NCBI GenBank assembly: GCA_016618085.1
Contig: JABLTG010000044.1
Coordinates: 62,001 to 113,558, forward strand
Source of the DNA: Neovahlkampfia damariscottae
Taxonomy: Eukaryota
Reading direction: 5' to 3'
Length of the DNA: 51,558 nucleotides
Shown: positions 47,401-51,558 of the stretch, piece after piece
Position numbering within the stretch: position 1 is the first letter of the stretch
Layout of the letters: the number at the start of each line of letters is the position of its first letter
Position numbers and translations under genes: made by a program
The notes under the pieces: model-generated
What the model saw: the letters and a program-made list of their open reading frames with translations, nothing else
Databases searched by the model: none
What the model was told of the DNA's origin: nothing

Positions 47401-48589
47401 ATTTGAGTTTTTCATCATTAAATTGATTCAGTTTCATTTCTAAATTAAATTTCTCTTCTTTTAACTTTTCACTATTTTGTTCTAAAATTAAATTTTGATT
47501 CTTCAAATCATTCAATGTTGACTTTGTTTTTTCAAGATCTTTTTCAGTCTCTGTATTCTTTTCAAATGCTTCAACATTTTTCGAAGTCAATTTTTGAATT
47601 TGATTCATCAACTCTTTGTTTTGTTTATTTAGTCTTGAAATTTCTTCATCCATTGTAGAAACTGTTTCTGATGATGCTTCATAATTTGAGTTCTTTTTAT
47701 TTGATTCTTTCAATAAATTTTCAAGTTTTTCATTCGAATTTTCCATTTTTCCAATTTTTTCTTGCAGTTCTTCTGTCAACAAATCTGACAAATTTTTTTC
47801 ATTTTCAAAAATTTTAATTTCTTGGTTTTTTTGTTGTAAGAGTTCTTTATTTGATGATACTTCTGCTTCTAATCTGATTTTTTCTTCTTTTTGTTGATTA
47901 AAAGCATTTTCAAAAAAAGTTTTTTCATCAAAAATTTTTTGTGTTAATTTTGTTGAGTTTTCTGAAGTTTGAATCAAATCTATGATTTTTTCATTTAATT
48001 TATTGATCTCTGTCGAAAAATTAGCCTTTTCTGTTGCCAAGTCATTCACTGAAATCATGTACAAAGAATTTTCTTGTTTGAGTTCTTCATTCACTTTTGT
48101 CAGTGATTCAACCAAAGCAGACATTTTATTTTCTTCATTTTTATGATATTCTATGTCCTGTTTCAATTGTTGATTTTGGGTATTTACAGCTAAAATTTCC
48201 TCTTTTACGTTTTCAACTTGTTGATCAAAATTTTCACTTGAAAAAGTTTTTTTTTGAAAAGAGTGAATTTCATCCAAATACTTATCAATATTTTCTTTTG
48301 ATTTTACAACTTCTTCTTTCAAATTATCGTTTTCATTTTTTAATTTTTTAACTTGAACATTCGAAGATGAATTTAATTTTTCAATTTCTAATTCATGAGA
48401 TTCCTTCAGTTTCTCAAAATCTTCTTTGTTTTTTGATTCCATCAGTTTCATTTTTTCTTCATATTCTTTAATTTCACTTTCCAGTTTTTTGATTTTTTCT
48501 GATTTTTTATTGATTTTTTCGGTTTGTAGTAAACTGTTCTTTTCATCCTCTTCATTTGGAAGAGATTCTTTGCTACCACAACATCCCAT
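44435..48589 (-). CDS. N-myristoylated/palmitoylated long coiled-coil protein
   Basis: 1384-aa intronless ORF starting MGCCGSK, with heptad E/K/L/Q/N-rich sequence throughout. Confidence 0.85.
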   Translation of the reverse strand: MGCCGSKESLPNEEDEKNSLLQTEKINKKSEKIKKLESEIKEYEEKMKLMESKNKEDFEKLKESHELEIEKLNSSSNVQVKKLKNENDNLKEEVVKSKENIDKYLDEIHSFQKKTFSSENFDQQVENVKEEILAVNTQNQQLKQDIEYHKNEENKMSALVESLTKVNEELKQENSLYMISVNDLATEKANFSTEINKLNEKIIDLIQTSENSTKLTQKIFDEKTFFENAFNQQKEEKIRLEAEVSSNKELLQQKNQEIKIFENEKNLSDLLTEELQEKIGKMENSNEKLENLLKESNKKNSNYEASSETVSTMDEEISRLNKQNKELMNQIQKLTSKNVEAFEKNTETEKDLEKTKSTLNDLKNQNLILEQNSEKLKEEKFNLEMKLNQFNDEKLKLTQEVSKIQETIQQTSQEKSNIQITLDEIKVENQKLKESSLKYQQEVIEYKLILKEKESSFETTLSQLISEIQYFEKSMNQMKERSKELEEIMISSNVEKDELEVAFAQLEQELQNAQNQSGSSDTIIHQLTSDKKNLTSKIEELKEEKKIFDENNQRETKQLHESIVKLNNEKKSLEITNENLSVEIVENKSSLDQLKQLKDGLEKSLNDAQVEKNTLEEELNQKSLLEFSLQNQLKSQQEKLNKLMAEKENFDKSFEKEASEESNKVDKLKKEIDEKNQKIETIESNLSLEIQKNEIMIKSKQKEFDNLQIMNQKLELSVNNLNQEKLDLSNKLKEEDDRNDSLEQKLFENEQQLVQSNLEISNQNLKQQQLQKELEELTEKSLQYQENLDQLKNELNRKIKEIESKNLEVVTLSTKLNQNIEDLNQLTENNSKFESNLHKKDVEISEWNQKCTSLQNENKLSSERFLKLEEDFKNQMSKKITEIEQNSSKLQENEELLKNSVEKIKEQQMKIQDLEKDIQESQSSKKYLTTEKQNLTSKISDLSEKIQKLTENLDSLSQENEELKLKSLSFQQEKKSNQDFISQLNDQIDDLTQEKLKNEKILLQFNQQIEELTQQIQLKDLENSKLETEHENDLTEMNEEYVKQVTEYEDRMFLYEKKLEKILYEKEDLFEELYDAKEMIEYQKQQLKEMLNIDYETRSTLTPRGDESSEEISMIKPDELKSEIDISKEEILQSQGKNESNDDEISVESPDETSPRGNEEEPKKQKKLLGKFAWKGFVKKIDKQKVDMLDKRSSGGWKNILKRSSKSAGPSSPTSESNDEDKRKFLRNFNLGKRNSNPSSPGMKEENEIEKKAKEAQIENERKRAETMEFMKDWNEQFSAMKNDYSELSSILQNTTTEKMEIKERLKVTQKKNFAAQVKLKKIQGEIARYDQKVEQVEKKLMFKDEEIRIKTNIIKDKDLKIQDLQKRQTTGGNRRSQRFSLKL

Positions 48590-49031
48590 TGTGGTGAAAA
48601 AGAATTAGTTTCCAATGAAAAAATATCCAATCAAAATGTTTCCAAGTTCATTCACCTTTCGTTGAGTTTTAACAATTTCTTCACATAATTCTCAGCGTAT
48701 TTTTCTGGAGAGTAAATAAAGAGCAATAAAGTAACAACTAATTTGACAAATACATCTGGTAACTCTGGTATCTCTAGTCTTGGTGTCTATATCTGAACTT
48801 TATCTTCCTGTTCAGGTTAACAAACGACTTAAGTCTTTCTAGCTCCGAATCAAGCCAAGTAAATTCTTCACTCAACTCGTTTTCATCTCTTGAATTGGTT
48901 GAACCTATAAAACTCGCATTATCTTGAATAATTTTATTAATAACCAATGATTAATAATTAGATATTTATATATTCTCATGTCTTATTGGTGGAGTTTTTC
49001 AAATCCAATCATTTTGATTTGTTGACAGAAA

Positions 49032-50657
49032 ATGAAGTGTATTCAGTTCTTTTTACTTTTGTTTGTGGTTTTTGCTTCAGCCCACAGTTCAAGTGAAACT
49101 AAAATTCAATTCACCTCCAAAATCGGAAATGCTTGCTTGTACACCAGAGAATGTTCAAAAGACCAATACTGCTCAGGAAACCCAGCTGAAAAAATTTACG
49201 GAAACTGTGAAAAAAGATATTCAGGTTTCTGTCAAGGTGGTCATCAATGTGATCATTCAAAATCCATGGGTTGTATTTTAACAAATGGTAAAAAAAAATA
49301 GTCCATTAAGTCTCTACCAGTCAATTTTGGAAGATGCCAAAAAATTGATGCTCCACGAACAGTTTCTGAAGATAACTCCGAACTCAATATGTTTATTCCA
49401 CATCTTACTAAAGAAGAATATGATGCCATTCCATATCCAAGTAATCAAGACTTAATGGATGTTGAAGGTGCTGGTTCAACTTGTGGAAATGAACATCATG
49501 ATTTTGGTTATGATTTAATGAATGAAATTAAAAATAGTTCATCAAAAGATATTAAAGCAAATTGTTGGACAACTGGATCATGTGATGAACCTGCTGTTAG
49601 AAACACGTATACTTCTGCTCCAAATGTAATATTAAGAGTTCAATGGATAGTATTCAAATGTGGAACTTGGTATCAAAATGCAGCTGCAAAAATTGCTGAA
49701 GCTACTTATGACTTAAATCAAAGATTTACAACAGCTGGATTTACTTTCAATTCATATCTCAGTTTATACCCATGTACTGGATCAACTGGAAATCAAGATT
49801 ATAATACTATTTCAGATTCAGAAGCTACAAATGCTGTAACTTTAGAAAGAGGTTCAAATTGGAGAAATGAAGGTTCTTTGATGGTTGTTGCAGGAACACC
49901 AACAGAATCGTTATTAAATGGATTCTTTTATTTTCCATGTAGCAGAGCTCCATGTGGAAGTGGATTTATGAACACAAGAGTTGTAGCAAAAGGTTATACC
50001 GTAATTTTTTATTTTTTATTTTAACAAATTTTGATAGACACTTTCACATGAACTTGGTCATGGTTTTGGACTTCAACATACATTCCACGGTGTTTCAGAA
50101 ATATCATCGTGTTCTTCTTGCCGTGAAACTGTTGCTTCTGACGATACAGGTGATTTTTGTGCTGATACACCTCCTGTTGTCAAAAATTGGGATTGTAAAT
50201 CACCAATCTCAGCAAATGATCCATGTAATACCCAAAGAACTCAATGGGATCCAAATCCTTATAAAAACATCATGTCATATGGAAACTGTAGAGATGTCTT
50301 TTCTGAGTGCCAAAAACGAAGAGTTAGATGTTGTAAGATCAAAAAAGAATTCAATTTTTATTAGATTACTCAAAGTCTGGATCATGGTTAAAGAAAGATG
50401 CAACTGCTCAAACAAGTTCAGTTCCAACAGTAAGTCATGGTTTTTCATACACCACTTGTTTCGGTGTCTCTTCAACTTCATCATCTGTTTGTTCAGGGAA
50501 TGGAAAGTGTGTTTCAAAAGATGTTTGTCAATGTTATGAATTTTGGATTGGAAGCAAATGCTCCACTTTTAGTATCTTTGGTGCTGGAAATTCAATCCAA
50601 GTGAACATCATTGGTACAATTGTATTTATGCTTTCTATTTTTGCAATTATTTTGTAA
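49032..50657 (+). CDS. Secreted/anchored M43 (pappalysin-like) metzincin with Cys-rich N-domain and EGF repeat
   Basis: Signal peptide; three introns; HELGHGFGLQHTFHG, GDFCADTPP, NIMSY (Met-turn); EGF TCFGVSSTSSSVCSGNGKCVSKDVCQC; hydrophobic C-terminus. Confidence 0.9.
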
Positions 50658-50956
50658 ATATTAATAAATTCTTTTGGACATTGTTAAAAATACTCATAGA
50701 AGCAATGGTACTCTAAGAATACTCATATAGTAGTTTAAAAATAGCTGATTAGTTCATCCAGTCATTTTCTTTTTTTAACAGTTAACGATAGATGAAGTAT
50801 TCCATTTTTGCACACCATTTTTGTTTGTTTGTGTTCACATACGCGCTTACATTGGAAAAAAGATATATTTTAAATTCTTAAATAGAATCTTTTTTATATC
50901 TTTGTATAATTTTCCAAAACTTGTAAATAGTACATATATTATCAATTATAGTAAAC

Positions 50957-51075
50957 AAGACCAATACTGTACAGGAAATCCAGAAAAAAAATTGTGAAAA
51001 AAGATATTCAGGTTTCTGTCAAGGAAGTCATCGATGTGATCATTCAAAATCCATGGGTTGTATTTTCACAAACGG
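50957..51075 (+). repeat. Diverged duplicate of exon 1 3' half of the upstream metalloprotease gene (~49159-49289)
   Basis: Shared blocks gaccaatactg..caggaaa.ccag, tgtgaaaaaagatattcaggtttctgtcaagg and gatcattcaaaatccatgggttgtatttt, with an internal deletion in the copy. Confidence 0.9.
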
Positions 51076-51558
51076 CCAATGAATTGATGGTTATCAACAT
51101 CAACAACAGAAGTGATAAAAAAGTGAAAACTTGAAGAAACAAAAAGTTCAACAAAAGAAACAGGAAATATGAAATCAACATATAAACAAGGAAAAGATTC
51201 GTATCCTTTTTGGTGGACTAAAGAAAAAGAAGACATGCTACAAGTGAAAAGTATACCTTCAAGTTCTTCTTCAGTTGACAAGAATATTTGTTGGACAAAA
51301 AAGTTGGTAGAACAATCTTCATTAACAGAAGGTGTTTTATTTTCATCAAAAGATGTTCCAAAAGAAAACAAACAAGTTTCACATAAAACTGGTTTATCAA
51401 AAAAACAACTTGATACAGATGAAATTATTCAATCAAGAAAAATTCTTTTAAAACCAACAAGTGAACAAAAGAAAAAAATACAAGAATGGATGAGAATTAC
51501 TCGATTCGTTTACAATTTAACTCATCATTTTGTTGAAGATCTTGGATAGGATGCAAAT
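51076..51558 (+). mobile_element. TnpB/Fanzor2-like (IS607-derived) nuclease gene, N-terminal part; premature stop, runs off window
   Basis: ORF 51169-51549 has SRKILLKPTSEQKKKIQEWMRITRFVYN, the HTH_OrfB_IS605/WED-REC start motif. It is preceded by an extension 'ST..GKDSYPFWW...CW' of the IS607-TnpB/Fanzor2 type. TAG at 51547-51549, after which the frame continues (GAT GCA AAT). Confidence 0.72.

Noticed and set aside
44435..48589. Assigning the coiled-coil protein to myosin, SMC or a viral A-type inclusion protein
   Set aside because: No motor or ATPase domain; any similarity would be compositional only.
48650..48930. Coding-like minus-strand remnant between the coiled-coil and protease genes
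   Set aside because: Short and interrupted by a stop and frameshift, with no recognisable motif. Cannot be supported as a gene.
281..51400. Numerous short antisense or alternative-frame ORFs in the track (e.g. 29376-29990, 39020-39478, 45103-45576, 14382-14732)
   Set aside because: They are shadows of real genes on the opposite strand or frame, with biased F/S/L/I composition and no motifs.
1..51558. Stop-codon reassignment as an explanation for the many fragmented ORFs
   Set aside because: Nearly all fragments join through canonical short GT-AG introns, and TAA, TAG and TGA all terminate intact genes. In-frame stops occur only in loci that are decayed in other ways too.

Overview
Very AT-rich, extremely gene-dense eukaryotic nuclear DNA. 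About 23 intron-containing or intronless protein genes are packed with intergenic gaps of 0-300 bp. Introns are GT-AG and mostly 28-41 nt. The 7TM-RGS protein and the 'CFG...SVCSGNGxCVSxDxCxC' EGF repeat suggest a heterolobosean (Naegleria/Neovahlkampfia-like) amoeba; this is inference. The window opens with the 3' part of a highly reducing type I PKS lying tail-to-tail with a bacterial-type Ser/Thr kinase-STAND ATPase-GAF-adenylate cyclase. Further along are a decayed region, CCCH, C2 and PPPDE genes, and two tandem globins that each end in a polybasic CaaX prenylation signal. Also present are Dus3, a mitochondrial carrier, ZGRF1, two tRNAs plus a tRNA-like remnant, an atypical Ras, an NMNAT-like gene with a 5-nt micro-exon, SCYL, a 7TM-RGS, a UBA/F-box membrane protein, a myristoylated coiled-coil protein and an M43 metalloprotease. 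At the right edge is the N-terminal part of a TnpB/Fanzor2-like RNA-guided nuclease gene. All gene models were spliced by eye and no database search was run.
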